64,000 nt of DNA from Anolis carolinensis (GCF_035594765.1 NC_085842.1:118123036-118187035); one strand, 5' to 3'. Counted from the first letter of the stretch, positions 26,622-39,892 are shown. Made by a program: numbers and translations. The notes: generated from the letters alone by a model not told the origin.

Positions 26622-26821
26622 GCCTCACACTAGTGCTTCAGACCTGAGCTTTTTCCTGGTGATGCCAGTTCAACGGATCACAAAATATCCACTCCTGCTG
26701 CAGAAAATATTGGAAAACACTCCAGACAATGATGGTGCCTACAAAGCCCTTCAAGCTGCTGCTTCTGCTATGTTAGATGTCAGTGTCAATATCAACGAGT
26801 ACAAAAGACAGAAGGAAGTAG
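26622..26821 (+). CDS. ARHGEF37: RhoGEF coding exon 4 (DH C-terminal helix)
   Basis: ggacag|G; [26 protein letters not shown] (DH CR3 signature)...[11 protein letters not shown]; donor G|gtgaga, phase 1. Confidence 0.94.
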
Positions 26822-27923
26822 GTGAGACTTGCCAGTACTTTCTTGTGACTTCCCTAGCATAGCTGCAAAAGGCCTGTATTGCAAGGCTGGTTTCAGCCAC
26901 ATGGAGGTATTTTTTCCACTGGAACTGTTTGGCCCTCTAGATGTTGGGGTGGTAATCTCTAATGATTGCCCATGCTAGCTAAGATTTCTGGGCATTAAAG
27001 TCTGAAATATGTTGAAGATCAAAGGCTCACCATTCCTGCTCTGTGTGGTATGCTTGCTATCTCATTGCAGAACACTGTGGCCTAGATTCTATGAGTTAAT
27101 CTGAGCATAGCTCAGAATCAATAATGGTGAGGAGAAATTGCTGACAATGTAGAAAAAGAAACAATGTAGAAACAAAAAGTTGAAGAAATAAATGTTCCAT
27201 CTGTTTTTGTTTTTTTTTGGTTTGGTTTGGTTTGCGGAGTAGTTTTCTCAGCTGGTGCTTGTGGATTCAGATCTTAACTATGGTCTACTACAGCATTATT
27301 TGCAAATAATGCTGTAGACAATTTCTCATAGACATGAAGGCTTTCTTGTAAGAAGATGCCTCTCATTGCATATTTTTGTTTTTTGAAATTGGATTGTTAG
27401 CAAATCAATGGCTTGAGAATGGAATTAATTATCACTTGCCAGAGGAAGAAAGGGAAGTGAATTTTGCAACAGAAGTGATTGGAAAAACCTTGCTGTCAGG
27501 ACAGAGATTCAGTTTAATCTTGGTATTGGTCTTTTCAGTTGAGCATTTTTGTTGCATTTATGATGATGATCATGATGTTTATTTGCATCCTGCTTTTTCT
27601 CTCCACAAAGAGACTCATCCTAACTTTATAGGCTTCATATCCTATGTTTCCTCTAATGCATCAAGGCATTGTACATAGCTCTTCTCCTCCATGCTTCATC
27701 CTCACAATAGCCCTGTGAGATAGGTTAGGTCGGATTGGGACCCAAACCTAGAGTCCCCAGTACACCAGGTGGACTCTCAGTGTAACACAATTATATATGG
27801 ATCTTTAGCTAAAGATTCAGAGGTTGTGCAACAGCCTGCTAAGTATATATTTTCTGCCTCTTAGGTGCTGTCAAACCAGAGGCAGCTGGTATACCAGAAT
27901 GGTTCAAAAGATGGAGTTTCTCC

Positions 27924-27924
<1 letters not shown>

Positions 27925-27968
<44 letters not shown>

Positions 27969-28662
27969 ATGACACAGCAAACAAGATAGATATGCTGGAT
28001 TTCGTTTCACAAAATCACAAGTCGAACACTTCCCAAATGTCTAGGACTGTGTGATGTATTTTTGGATGATGCGTGCAGATCCCAGTAGGGTGGCTTTTTG
28101 CAGTTGGCAGATCGTAATTTTGTCAATGCCTATTGTTTCCAAATGCCGACTGAGATCTTTTGGCACAGCACCCAATGTTCCCATCACCACCGGGACCACC
28201 TGTACTGGTTTCTGCCAGAGTTTGAAGTTCAATCTTGAGGTCCTGATAGCGGCTGAGTTTTTCCTGTTGTTTTTCGTCAATGCGACTGTCACCTGAGATG
28301 GCAACATCAATGATCCAAACCTTTTTCTTTTCCACAACTGTGATGTCTGGTGTGTTGTGTTCCAGAACTTTGTCAGTCTGGATTCGGAAGTCCCACAGTA
28401 TCTTTGCGTGCTCATTTTCCAGTACTTTTGCAGGTTTGTGATCCCATCAGTTCTTTACTGCTGGGAGGTGATACTTGAGGCATAAGTTCCAATGAATCAT
28501 TTGGGCCACATAGTTGTGCCTCTGTTTGTAGTCTGTCTGTGCGATTTTCTTACAACAGCTGAGGATATGATCAATGGTTTCGTCGGTTTCCTTGCACAGT
28601 CTGCATTTTGGGTCATCAGCTGATTTTTCGATCTCGGCCTTAATTGCATTTGTTCTGATGGC

Positions 28663-28663
<1 letters not shown>
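27925..28663 (-). mobile_element. 5'-truncated R4/Dong-type non-LTR retrotransposon
   Basis: CCHC knuckle CRLCKETDETIDHILSCC and restriction-like endonuclease PDI...IIDVAI...EKLSRYQDL; frameshifted; (CAA)n at 3' end, (TAA)n at 5' side. Confidence 0.85.

Positions 28664-28715
<52 letters not shown>
28664..28715. repeat. (TTA)n microsatellite
   Basis: About 17 units. Confidence 0.97.
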
Positions 28716-28816
28716 TATACCCCACTTTATCTGCCAGATACATAGGACTTTCTTTCCAGCCTTGTATAATGTGTGCTTTCCCTGTTTCTCTTCATCTAAT
28801 CCATGACTGAAATCAG

Positions 28817-28947
28817 CAAATAAATATAACAAGCCTGGATACCTGACTCTGCGGGACCGTCTGGCCCGCTTAAACCCACACTCCATTGCCAAGAAGACCA
28901 CACGACTGAGCCGCCTCTTCATGCATGAGGCTGGAATTGTGTCTAAG
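28817..28947 (+). CDS. ARHGEF37: RhoGEF coding exon 5 (DH-BAR linker)
   Basis: aatcag|CA; read by hand as ANKYNKPGYLTLRDRLARLNPHSIAKKTTRLSRLFMHEAGIVSK; donor AAG|gtgggt; phases 1 and 0 fit neighbours. Confidence 0.9.
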
Positions 28948-29038
28948 GTGGGTACTGCACATTGCATTCTCTTCTTGTCTCCTGTTTTAGGCTATGTTCC
29001 ACTGTCATGTGGGAGGCTTGGCAGTGTCCTAGAAGCAT

Positions 29039-29039
<1 letters not shown>

Positions 29040-29080
<41 letters not shown>
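29040..29080. repeat. (GT)n microsatellite
   Basis: About 20 units; shorter run at 7555-7580. Confidence 0.97.
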
Positions 29081-29084
<4 letters not shown>

Positions 29085-29935
29085 GGAAGGAGAAACAATT
29101 GGGACTGTCTGCTCTTGGGAAAGAGAGTTCTTTAGGTGCCCACGTTCCATCACCCATAGCTTCCATTTCATCACACTGAACTCACTGGTGACTTTGGGTT
29201 GTTTCATAGATCGTGATAAGCAATTGCATTTTAGCCTCTCTGAGCTCATGGGATTACTTTCAGGATTGTAATATCCACACAGAAGAGATCACATAACAGC
29301 ACTTGGTTGTGACCTGGCTGTGGGTGTTCCTTGTGTAATAAGTAAGACAGTGTGACTCATTTATGTAGTCCTCAAAGTCTGCAAAGCTTTTGCCTGTCTT
29401 TATTGCAATGTGTTGTAAAATACCAAGCAAACACTGTGACAGTCTTGAGGAGCTGGAGTGTTATGACTGTGCTTCAGACTACCTTTATCAAGAACTGACC
29501 ACAAACTGAAGAAGCTTGAGGCTACTGAACTGAAGCAACCATATTTTACTTCCATTAGCAGAGTAAAGCAACCAGGCCTGAATGATTTCTGAAATGCAGG
29601 AATGGTTTGAAAGATTGGGGATGGGAAGGGGGTATCTAGAAACTGAAACAAATCCAGTGGGAATAGGCTTGCTACCAAACTTATTGAATTCGTTTCAATA
29701 CGATACCTTAGCTGTTCAGTTGGAAAAGCTAGTTATAAGATGTTTTAATATAATGATGTACTGAAGTCATTCATTAGTAAGATTCAAGAGAATCATACTA
29801 TCACCACTCAGTTACCGATGGATACAATATATATCTGTTATTTTTAAAAGTAACTTTCCAAGCTCTGTCTACAGAGCATAGCTGGGAAATTTATACCAGT
29901 TTGGCATCATAACTGTTCAGAAGTATACTATAGAG

Positions 29936-30070
29936 CAATGGTTCCCAATCTTTGGGCCTCCAGGTGTTTTGGACTTAAACGCCCAGAAATCCCAGCCAGC
30001 TTACTCACTGTTAGGAACTGTGGGAGCTGAAGTCCAAAACACCTGGAGGCCCAAAGGTTGGGAACCACTG
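29936..30070. mobile_element. Palindromic hAT-type MITE
   Basis: caatggttcccaa...ttgggaaccactg; perfect 8-bp TSD ctatagag. Confidence 0.88.
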
Positions 30071-30888
30071 CTATAGAGGAAGCAACTTCTGTCTATAATT
30101 TATAGGGGGTTTTTTTGGTTATTGAAGATTGCCAATTTCAATGTGATGCTTTTCAGATATTTTAATCAACTATTATCATCTATGACCGTTAGCCGCGCTT
30201 TGATCGTTAGCCGCCACAATGTCAGTGGACTAAATCCCAATCCAGGGTGTGCTTATGGCATCAATAATTTTGAATTTCCTGGAAGTTTTCCAAGATGACA
30301 GGCATCTGCCTTGTGTTCATCATAATCATTGCTGATAACTTGCAACATACCTTTAAAGTCATGATTCATGCATACCTAATAGAGATAGGTAAATCTGTCA
30401 AGATTCGTTTTACCCAGATTCTCATTTTCCTATTAGTAATCTCATTCCATCTTGGTTTTGCATCTAGGTGATTTTCCATATAAAAATGTATACACATTGT
30501 CCACACTATGCAAATATTTTACATTTATCTATGAACAAATTTTAAAATGCAGGCATTTCATGAATAAAACACTTTTGGTATCACTTTTTGCATGTAATGT
30601 TTCTTGTATGGTGCCTCATAAATGTGGAGAAAGTAGGGCATTTTAGCACCTAATAACTTTCCAGTTGATGTTCAGGAAGGGGAAGGATATGATCAACTTG
30701 TGTTGAAATGCAAACCAAATGAATGTGTATCATTCCTCATATGGACATCACTATCTCTTGCTACCATGCAAGCCCTTTCAGTGTATCATCTTTTTCCTGT
30801 CATTGGAGAGTTCAAGGATAATCCTTTACTACCCTGGGACAAAATGATAGTGAAAACTATAATTCAACTTTCTTTCTCTGTTCTTCAG

Positions 30889-30993
30889 ACAGAGGACAAG
30901 GAGTTTGATGAACTGGAAGAAAAATTCCAGCAGTTGGCAACAGCTGTTACTGATCTGAAGGAGAATGTAGCAACATTCCTGAGCAATACAGAG
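30889..30993 (+). CDS. ARHGEF37: RhoGEF coding exon 6 (BAR)
   Basis: ttcttcag|ACA; TEDKEFDELEEKFQQLATAVTDLKENVATFLSNTE; donor gtaatc. Confidence 0.92.
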
Positions 30994-31587
30994 GTAATCT
31001 TCCTTTCTCTCATGTGGAAATTACCTCATAAAAAGCGCAGGCAAGGTGAAAAAAATAAATAAAGGAGGGCTTGCAGTGTTTTTATGACAACCTGACGTCT
31101 CTAACAATGTTTAGAAAATGGAACAAGAATGGAACTTGGATAATCACAACTGAAGCCATTTGCATCATATCAAAGTTTTGAATGTAGAGATGGAAAGCAG
31201 ATACACTGGCTCATTAGGTGTGATTCCCTCTAAACAGCTTGCCCAAAAGTCAGGAATTCTGGGAGCTGAAGGCCAAAACTTCTGGAAGATGAAAGTTAGC
31301 AAAACACTGCCCTTCATTTTACCAAGCCACGAATCAAGTGAAGGCACCACTTGAAAAATTGTCTGGCACATTTTTATGTAATATTGTTCTTTTTTCTTTG
31401 TCGTAGCTGTGGTTTCTTATATTTCATACAGACTCCAAGGATGGAGTGGTCCATTTGTGACTCTCCAGATATTATTGGGTTGTCATTTATCTTACCCTTA
31501 CTACTCTGATTAGGAATAATGGGATCCACCATCCAACAACATCTGGAATTCCTAGCATGGCAGTTACTCGTAAAACTCCCCTTTCAT

Positions 31588-31747
31588 TTTATTTATTTCG
31601 TATCAAAAGCATTGTACATTTCAAATAATGGGGGGGGGGGGGAAGGAATCACAAGCAACTAAATAGTTTTGGACCAAAAGCGGGCAACAGCAACCGCATT
31701 GTCTGTAGCTTTAAACAACTCCTCCTCCGTACATGAGGCAGAAAGAT
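31588..31747 (-). mobile_element. Short Vingi-like LINE 3' end
   Basis: 11-bp TSD tcccctttcat (31577-31587, 31748-31758); tail acgaaataaataaa similar to 57536-57548. Confidence 0.7.
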
Positions 31748-31755
31748 TCCCCTTT

Positions 31756-31863
31756 CATAGAATCATAGAATAATAGAGTTGGAAGAGACCTCACGGGCCA
31801 TCCAGTCCAACCCCCTGCCAAGAAGCAGGAAATCGCATTTAAAACACCCCCGACAGATGGCTG
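31756..31863 (-). mobile_element. CR1 LINE 3' end
   Basis: catagaatcatagaataatagagttggaagagacc...catccagtccaacccc; second copy at 38952-39025. Confidence 0.8.
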
Positions 31864-31906
31864 TTATTACTAGTGGACACTCAGGGATCTGCGCAATAGT
31901 TTAGAC

Positions 31907-32041
31907 CAGTGGTTCTCAACCTGTGGGCTCCCAAGTATTTTGGCCTACAACTTCCAGAAATCCCAACCAGTTTACCAGCTGCTAGGATTTCTGGGAGTTG
32001 AAGGCCAAAACATCTGGGGACCCACAGGTTGAGAACCACTG
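31907..32041. mobile_element. Palindromic hAT-type MITE
   Basis: cagtggttctcaacctgtggg...cccacaggttgagaaccactg; same family as 7792 and 36725. Confidence 0.85.
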
Positions 32042-34845
32042 GCTTAGTGGCACTCATGTGAGAAGCACAAATAACTAGAGTGTTCCTCTACTCTTACATC
32101 TTCTCTTTCTCCAAGGCTCTAGCAAACACAGATATCCTCCATCTATAGAGTTTTTAAAAAACTAGATAGGAACAAACTGCATCATACCACTTCCACTACA
32201 CCTTCACATTATTAGTTGTTATTGGAAAACTTGTAGAGTTGTTATAGTACTCTTTATGGGCAAAGCCATTGGAATGTAGCCAAAAGGCAAAGGAGCTGAA
32301 AGGAGTGGGAAAGAGTGCCCTCTAAGATGTTAACAATGCTCTACCTGTGCTGGAATCTCCTACACTTGAAATCTGGCAAGCTGAACAAGTTTCAGCTAAC
32401 TGCTGCCTTAGGGAAATCATGTCTAGATGTGTATAAACTCCTGGGATGATATGACCCATGAGCAGAAGTAATGTTGCTTAGAAATGCATTGTTAGATGAA
32501 GTGGGAACAGTGTTAGAATCTCTATTGTCAGTTTATTTTTATCCTCTTTTGTATGTCTACTATTTACCACAATCAAAAGAGCTAAACTCCCATGGGCCAA
32601 CAACAGAGCCAGTAGAAATACTCTCTATTCTCCCAGGGATAACAGAAGCAACCTCTGAGAGAATTTACCATGATAAAGAAAGGAGAAGGAAGGAAGGAAG
32701 GAAGGAAGGAAGAGAGATCTATTAGCCCATTTTACTTGTTAGTCTAGAATTAAAAAACTAAAACTGTACTAAATTGGGAAAGACAATTTCTTAGCCAATT
32801 TCCAATCATGAATTTTTTTCTTGCTATATTTTGGGGATGCTGCAAAAAAGATATAGGGTAGAAGAGAATTTGAAAAGCTACCATTTTGTTTTCCTTAGGA
32901 AATCCTTTTCTTACTTGCCTTTTTTAAAATGTGGAGATATTCAAAATGGCTGCCATTATAAAAAATACAGTAGTTTCCATCTTTGCTGTTCTACACTGTG
33001 CCACTATGCCCTATTCCAGTCTGTTCTGTTCTTTTACTTTATTTACACTCTTCCTTCAAAGCTTGGATTCAAAAGTATTTGAAAAACAAATCAATTGCAA
33101 GATGCCATTGATTCTAAGATTCAACCTGATTTTGGAACTCCAGTTTTTTGGGGGGAAGTGTGTATTTTTGATTCTAAGACACATCCCCATTTTGCGAAAA
33201 GGAAATTTTCCTAGACTATCATGCTGAATTTCTAAGTATGAAATTTAAGAATCAAATAACACACTGAAATATATTTAACAAATATTTTAATAACAATAGA
33301 ATTACATATAGCAACAATAACAAAAAGAAGTACAGTAAATGTAGAGAAATAAACCACATATGGTCTTTAATTCAGTTCTTTCAATGGAACAGGCAGGATT
33401 TTTAAATCACTTCTGTCAATGGAAGAGTCAGGATCTTTAAATCACTTCTTTAAACCAACAGACAGGATCTTTTAATCACTTTGTTCAACAGGGAGAGCGA
33501 GTTTTCCACCTAAACTGAAACTATCATGACAGCAAAGTGCGCAATTCAAGAATGCTACCAATTCTAATACTGGGTTATTCCCCAACTTCTGGTTAAGCAG
33601 TATAAAACCAGGTTATGGGCCAGATGTTCCTGGACATCTTGTGGATAGTCATTGTAAGCTGTGTTGAAAAGGGATTTGTGCAGTAAGAAGAGGGGCTACG
33701 TTACGTAGGCATACTTTGATCTCACCCAAGACGGGAAAACTCATTTTAGGAGACACGTGTGATAATGCCCTAAAACTTACTCCCAGGCAAGTGTGTTGAT
33801 TACCTGCTCAAATAATTCAGCAGAAGAAAGTCTAGTGAGAGCAGGTAGGCATGAACAGAAGATAGAATTTCACAGAACAATATCTCCTGGATCATTATTT
33901 CTCTCAAGTCCTCATATACACTCTCTACACATACAGAGGGACACACATATGCACACACACATTGCAACACTATCCCAGAAAGGGAAATCAAACCAGTATC
34001 TAAAAAACCACTGGTAATACAACTTCCATGTAATCATAGTCTGTTTCACTGATCCTCTAAGCAGGTTTTATTTTTGAGGAAGAAGCATTCTAAAATCAGT
34101 AATGAAAAGATACTTTGACTGTTTTTAGCCTGGCAGTAGGAGAAAGTGTTGATGTACAATCATAGCCCACTGGTTTCCAAATTCTCTAGACTTGTGCCTA
34201 GCAATAGGGTGCAGAAGGTTTTCTATTGTTAGATTATCAGGGCTGACAGCAATAAGTGAATAAGACAATTTGATAGGACGAAAAGAGTAACTTCAGAACT
34301 GAAGACTAAGCCACCAATGTGCACTGTATTCTGATGGAAATATTGTGCATTCTCCATGTAAAAATCCCTACCACAATTCTTGGCTTCCTTCTCAATGTAC
34401 TGTTTGTTGTTAGTTGTTCCATTCTCTGAGCTGCCCAATGTTTTAAAGGAGCAGAATGCCAAATGGTGAATTAATTAAAATGTTATTTCTCACTTTCTTT
34501 TCTTCCTCTCCTTTCCTCCCACCGTCTTCCCCTTCCTCTGCTGATTTAATTGGTATGATTTAACTAGGGACCTATTTAATGGCTTTAATATGCAACATGG
34601 CTTATATCAATAATGAATAATGGTGGCATATTTGTGAGCCTGGTGCAGCATTTATAAGTAACATGGTTCACATTTAATAGCATTCTAATTGGACCTTATC
34701 AAATCATTGCCCAACTTTAGGTTTTGTATTTTGTTTCTACTTGGATCTCCTGAGTACCTACGAGACTTTGATCTGAATCTTGCCACTGGATATGTTCCAA
34801 ACAGAGTCATTTTTATGTCTTCAGATCCATTTCTTTATCCCTTAG

Positions 34846-34956
34846 GCATTCCTCAGCTCTAAACCACATGAAAATCAACTGGAAATAGGAGCAGAAACTA
34901 CCCAGCTATATTGCCAAATTGCAGGAAAACTCCACAGCGCTGTCTTTCTTGACCTT
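34846..34956 (+). CDS. ARHGEF37: RhoGEF coding exon 7 (BAR)
   Basis: cccttag|GCA; AFLSSKPHENQLEIGAETTQLYCQIAGKLHSAVFLDL; donor gtaagt; 111 nt, phase 0/0. Confidence 0.85.
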
Positions 34957-34987
34957 GTAAGTATCATTTTATGTTTAATCTCCCCGA

Positions 34988-35105
34988 CTGTGGTGTAGTG
35001 GTGTTAGTGTTGGACTAGGACTCTGGAGACCAGGGTTCAATTTCCCACTCAGCCATGGAAACTCCATGGGTGACCTTCGGTAGGTTACAGACTCTCAGCC
35101 CCAGA
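34988..35105 (+). mobile_element. Older tRNA-derived SINE fragment
   Basis: tggtgtagtgg A box, gggttcaatttccc B box, actctcagcc 3' part. Confidence 0.65.
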
Positions 35106-35347
35106 AGATCCAATGATAGTGTTATTCCTACTGCCTAATACATGCTGACTGATACCTTGTTGTGGGGAATCATAATAAGTTTCTGGTTCTTTTTGAACAG
35201 AAGCTCCCTAGCTGTAGTATCTCCATAATTTTTTCACTATGCAGGCAGAGAGGAAATACTGGTAGATACCAGCTTCCAAGAACTCTAACTTGAAAAGATA
35301 GAGAAAATCAGATTTTAAGAAACCCCTTTCCCTTCCTTCTCCGATAG

Positions 35348-35677
35348 CGGAAGCGTATGGAAGACCTTGTGTACCACCCACTGTGCAACTTGACAGAGGT
35401 CCTGAAGGGCCCTCAGAAGCTGATCAAGAAGCGCTTGGACAAGTTGCTGGACTATGAGGAGCTGGAGGAGAAGCAGAATGAGACTGGCAATGTGACGTAC
35501 GAAGAGGAAGCTGCTATGAATACCTATCTGGCCATTAATTCCTTGCTTGTATCTGAGCTCCCTGTGCTCAATAATGTAGCCCTGCAGTGGCTGAGACATA
35601 TTTTGGCTTCTTTTGTGGCCATCCAGCGAGACCTGGCCAAGCAGGTTCTCCAGGAGACAGAAGGAGCCGTTGCCCAG
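35348..35677 (+). CDS. ARHGEF37: RhoGEF coding exon 8 (BAR)
   Basis: ccgatag|CGG; GPQKLIKKRLDKLLDYE...YLAINSLLVSELP typical of Tuba/ARHGEF37 BAR; donor CAG|gtaaag. Confidence 0.93.
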
Positions 35678-36724
35678 GTAAAGAACCCAAATGGATGAGG
35701 AGGAGAATTGTGTAGCTTTTTGCCATTGTTTGGTTTGTAAGGCAAAAGAAGGGTGGGGAAGGAGGTTTCTTCTATACATTCCCCCTTTCAGCTGGTTAAT
35801 TCTGGAACATCGTGAGAACTTAGTATGTTTCCTGGCAAAGAATGCATTGAAGGACTGTCTCCCTATCTCCTAGATTCCAATAATATCAGCTACATTCTCT
35901 GTCTCCTCTGCCTCATATGGTGAGGAGTGCCGTGCAATGGTATAGTAAAGAGCTAGAACTGTTTTTCTGATACTGCCTGTGAGGTCCTATAGGCCTTTTC
36001 TTTATGTAGTTGTATCTGTTCTATCCACCCAAATAGAGTCATATTTCAATATATTTATATTTTTGCCTGAACCCAACTGGGATGCCACTGTTCAAAACCT
36101 TCCACAAAACTGTCCCAGGATCCCTTCCTCACTCTCATTTGGTTTCAGGTCCTTATATCACACAGTTTAAATTGTGAATTCCCTAACAGGTCACAATTTG
36201 TAATTCCTCCCTGTTTCCAATTACTGATGGCAGACATTCTACCTCCTCCCCTCACAAAGCTACAGGTGCATGCATATTGTTTGTTTCTTTGTTTATTCAT
36301 GGAACGTCTTGTTTGCCTTTCCATTGTGTACTTAAGATGATCAAAGAGCAATAAAATTAACTCCAACCGATGTTCTGGCCATAACTGTGAAATTCATAAA
36401 GCCGCTAAAGCTGCTAGAACAGTGTGTATTATTTAAAACCTCAGAGATATGAAATTCTCTCTCCCTTCTGAAAAACAAAACCAAACCAAACCAAAAACAC
36501 AACCACCCATGGAAAATATAAGCATCATCAGATTTCTCAGAAGTTATTTTTTTAGCATAGGGTCCATTAGTCAGAAAACTCTGCATTAAAAACCTCTGAT
36601 CACTTGAATAAATAAACACATCAGAACTGAGGAAAGTCACTTATTTTGGACTTTTTCCTAGAATCCCTCAGCCAGCAAGGCCCTGGGCTAGGAATGGGAA
36701 AAGTGATGCCAGCAAACTTTATGT

Positions 36725-36859
36725 CAGTGGTTCTCGACCTGTGGGTTCCCAGGTGTTTTGGCCTACAACTCCCAGAAATCCCAGCCAGTTTACCAGCTAT
36801 TAATATTTCTGGTAGTTGAAGGCCAAAGCATCTGGGGACCCACAGGTTGAGAACCACTG
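36725..36859. mobile_element. Palindromic hAT-type MITE
   Basis: Same TIRs; perfect 8-bp TSD ctttatgt. Confidence 0.88.
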
Positions 36860-38232
36860 CTTTATGTGGTCCCAAAAGCAAACTTCATATTTAGCACCCA
36901 CATCCTCCAAGGAGTATGTTTTAGATCAGGGGTGATTTTTTATTTCAAAACATGAAGTGACCTAATGTGTGCAGAGTGCATGTTGATGTAATTAACAAAG
37001 TTAATTTTTAGTAGAGTGTTGTTAATAAGCTGGTATCCAAGATCCACTGAAAAGCAGGTGCTGCACCCAAACCTTGAGGGGTTGCTCACCCTTTCCCTAG
37101 GCCATTGGCAAGAGCATGCTGGCTGGGAAATTTAGGAGGATTCGTCGAAGAGATAGCATCTCCAAGCTCCAGCTAGTTCTTATAGTGGCCAACCTAATGG
37201 TTTCGGAAATCCTACCAGCTACTCAAGAAGACCATAGCCCTCCCATCTTTGTCCCCAGGTATCTAGTATTGAAACATATATTGCCACCTTTAATCATGGA
37301 GGTCTTATAGTTTTCTCCACAATTAGCTCTTGAATCCTATTTTAAAGTCAGATTAGAACAGGCTTGGGTTTTGCTAAGTTTTTAACTTTTCTGTCCTCCA
37401 TTATACTTTATGCCATTTTAACAGCATTTTGTAAATTTTAAAAATATGCTCTTTTGAATATGCTTATTTTTCTATGTAATTCTGCATGAAATTGCTGCCA
37501 GCACATTTCCCAAATGTGGTATGTTTAATGTCATGTACATGTATTAATTGAATTATCTAAAACATGTTACAATAGTAATATGCTGTTTTATTATCAGAAG
37601 AACATTCATTTCAAAGTAGGACTGCCCTTTGGTCCACATTTTGCTTCTCAAATAGTGAATTAGATAGGTTTGTATTAAAATGCAAAGTTAATTATTTTTT
37701 TCTGTACCATCCACTGTACAGTATTTTTAAGTCTGTAGATTTGGTAGTGACTTTTGTAGAGTGAAGGACTGTATTTTAGCATTCCTCTGGGAGTGCAAAG
37801 ACAAATCTCTACCCACCTACAACATGGATCATTTTAATAAATCTTCTTGGGCTGGCACAGAATACAGGACTTCCCCAGCCAGCCCAAGGGCAACTTGAGT
37901 TTACTTTCTCCCCATATTTCTTTTCTTTTTCACAAAAGTGGTATAATTAATCTCTGTCCTTATTGCAGCAACTGTAATGAAAACAAGAGCAGGGAAAATG
38001 CAAGGTAAGCATCAGTTCAGACCTAGCTAGCCTACAAATAGACTCTTGACTGGAAACCTGCAATGAGCAATTCATTTGCTATCAAAAAGCTCCAGCAAAA
38101 TATGGGTCAAAAACCTCTTGCATAAACTCACTCACTGTGGACATCTAAGATTCATCTTCTCTTTTTCAAAAATAGTTTATCTACAGTTTCCAGAAAGTGC
38201 TCTCTTTAATTGTAGATGGTTCCTCTTTACAG

Positions 38233-38361
38233 TTGCCACACAGGCACCTTCCTGCAGCTGATTATTGGAAGATGGTGAAAGAGACCTTAAGCCAAGCTGA
38301 AGGTCAGCTCAGCTCCCTCCGCAAAAAAATTGAGACTGTCGAACCAAGTCCTGTTGTGCAG
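38233..38361 (+). CDS. ARHGEF37: RhoGEF coding exon 9
   Basis: ctttacag|TTG; LPHRHLPAADYWKMVKETL...PSPVVQ; donor gtacga. Confidence 0.88.
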
Positions 38362-38526
38362 GTACGATACTATGGGTAAACACCACAGCAACCTTTGCTA
38401 GCATGGCAGATGTATTCAAGCTGCAACTCTTATCACTCAAGCTGCATAGACATTGTCTAGAGATGATAGAAATTGTTCTACAGTGCATCTGAAGAGCACT
38501 AAGCTGGAAATAGTTACGCTCCTAAT

Positions 38527-38862
38527 CAGAGCCAGCCCAACATAGAGGCCAATGTAAGCGCCTGCTTGTGGCGCATTGTCCCCGGGGGCGCCGTTAAGGC
38601 ACCCCTGCGGCGGCGGCAGTGGTGGCAGGGACCATCGGCTCCCTCCTCGTCGAACGCGGAAGGCCTCAACTGAGGCCTAGCTCTTCTCGCAAGGTCTCGC
38701 GAGAAGAGCTAGGCCTTCCGCATTCGGCGAGGAGGGAGCCAATGGTCCCCACTGCCGCCGCCACCAAAGGTATGTGTGGGGCCTTGGGGGGGGGGGGAAT
38801 TTCAGGGGGAGGCGCGGCCACTAGATTCGGCTACAAGGCAAAGTTACCTAAGGCCGCCTCTG
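38527..38862. mobile_element. GC-rich hAT-type MITE with long internal inverted repeat
   Basis: Perfect 8-bp TSD ctcctaat (38519-38526, 38863-38870); imperfect TIRs cagagccagcc / ggccgcctctg. Confidence 0.85.
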
Positions 38863-38951
38863 CTCCTAATGTTATCACCACTAGCTTACCAGTTGTTATG
38901 GCTGGTTCTGACATTGATATCTGTTATAGGCTATGGAGGGTGGAGGTCACT

Positions 38952-39025
38952 TAGAATCATAGAATAGTAGAGTTGGAAGAGACCTCATGGACCATCCAGT
39001 CCAACCCCCTGCCAAGAAGCAGGAT
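38952..39025 (-). mobile_element. CR1 LINE 3' end
   Basis: tagaatcatagaatagtagagttggaagagacc...ccagtccaacccc. Confidence 0.78.
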
Positions 39026-39892
39026 ATTCTGTTTGTTCCGAGAGAAGTTATGAGTATATTCTAATGGAGGCCCACATGATTGTATTCCATCCCTTAATAC
39101 TCTTAACAGGTGTGCTAGCTTGAGACAATTGATGGATTTGTCTGTTGGAGCTTGAGTGCTAGAACATGTAATCCTCTCTTTCCCAAAGGAGAAATCTGAG
39201 CTAGCCCTACTACTGGAAGGCCAAGGCAGACCTTCTCATATGGTCAATCTTGAGAAAACTTTAAATGGCATCAGACTGCCAATAATTTAGTTCTATTTTA
39301 TAGTTTTAGCATGCTAAACACAAAATACGTTTGGTGGGCTGCCTCTGAGGGAAAGTATTCACATTTTCAGTAATGTGTGAACACCATACATACATTTAAT
39401 TGTATATAAAATTGTATTTATTTTATTTCATTTTAAGCATTTTACTCATCAGTCAACAAAGCTCCCAGAGCAGTTTATAAGGAGATTAGCAAAATTCTAT
39501 GGAAAAAGCTAAACACCAGGCTTCAGCAAGAAATGTTTTCTTTATGGAGGCATATAGCAGAAGCATAGATGAAGATTTCCCATCCCTTTTTGCAAGGCAG
39601 TGTGAATAATCTCCCCAGAACAAATAATACAAACACCCTCCATAATTCTCCTATGTAGAGAAGCCTATTGTCTCTTGCTTCTCTCCCAAAGATACCTCCT
39701 TCCTCTGTGATTTCTTACAGTTTAAAGTTCAAAATCTCTGCAACTTGCAGGGCTTTCCCCCCCAGATATTTTTTTGCTGAGAGATAGTTGCTGTACCCTG
39801 CTTCTTATGACTCATCCTCCAGTCCGCCCACATGGTAGCACACTTGATTGGAGGAGGATTTTTCTGACCCACTTCTCCTGCCTTTTCAACAG

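Noticed and set aside
28497-28967. 156-aa poly-Asn ORF
   Set aside because: Chimera of antisense exon 5, (TAA)n repeat and an off-frame R4 fragment
35315-35779. 154-aa minus-strand ORF
   Set aside because: Antisense shadow of exon 8
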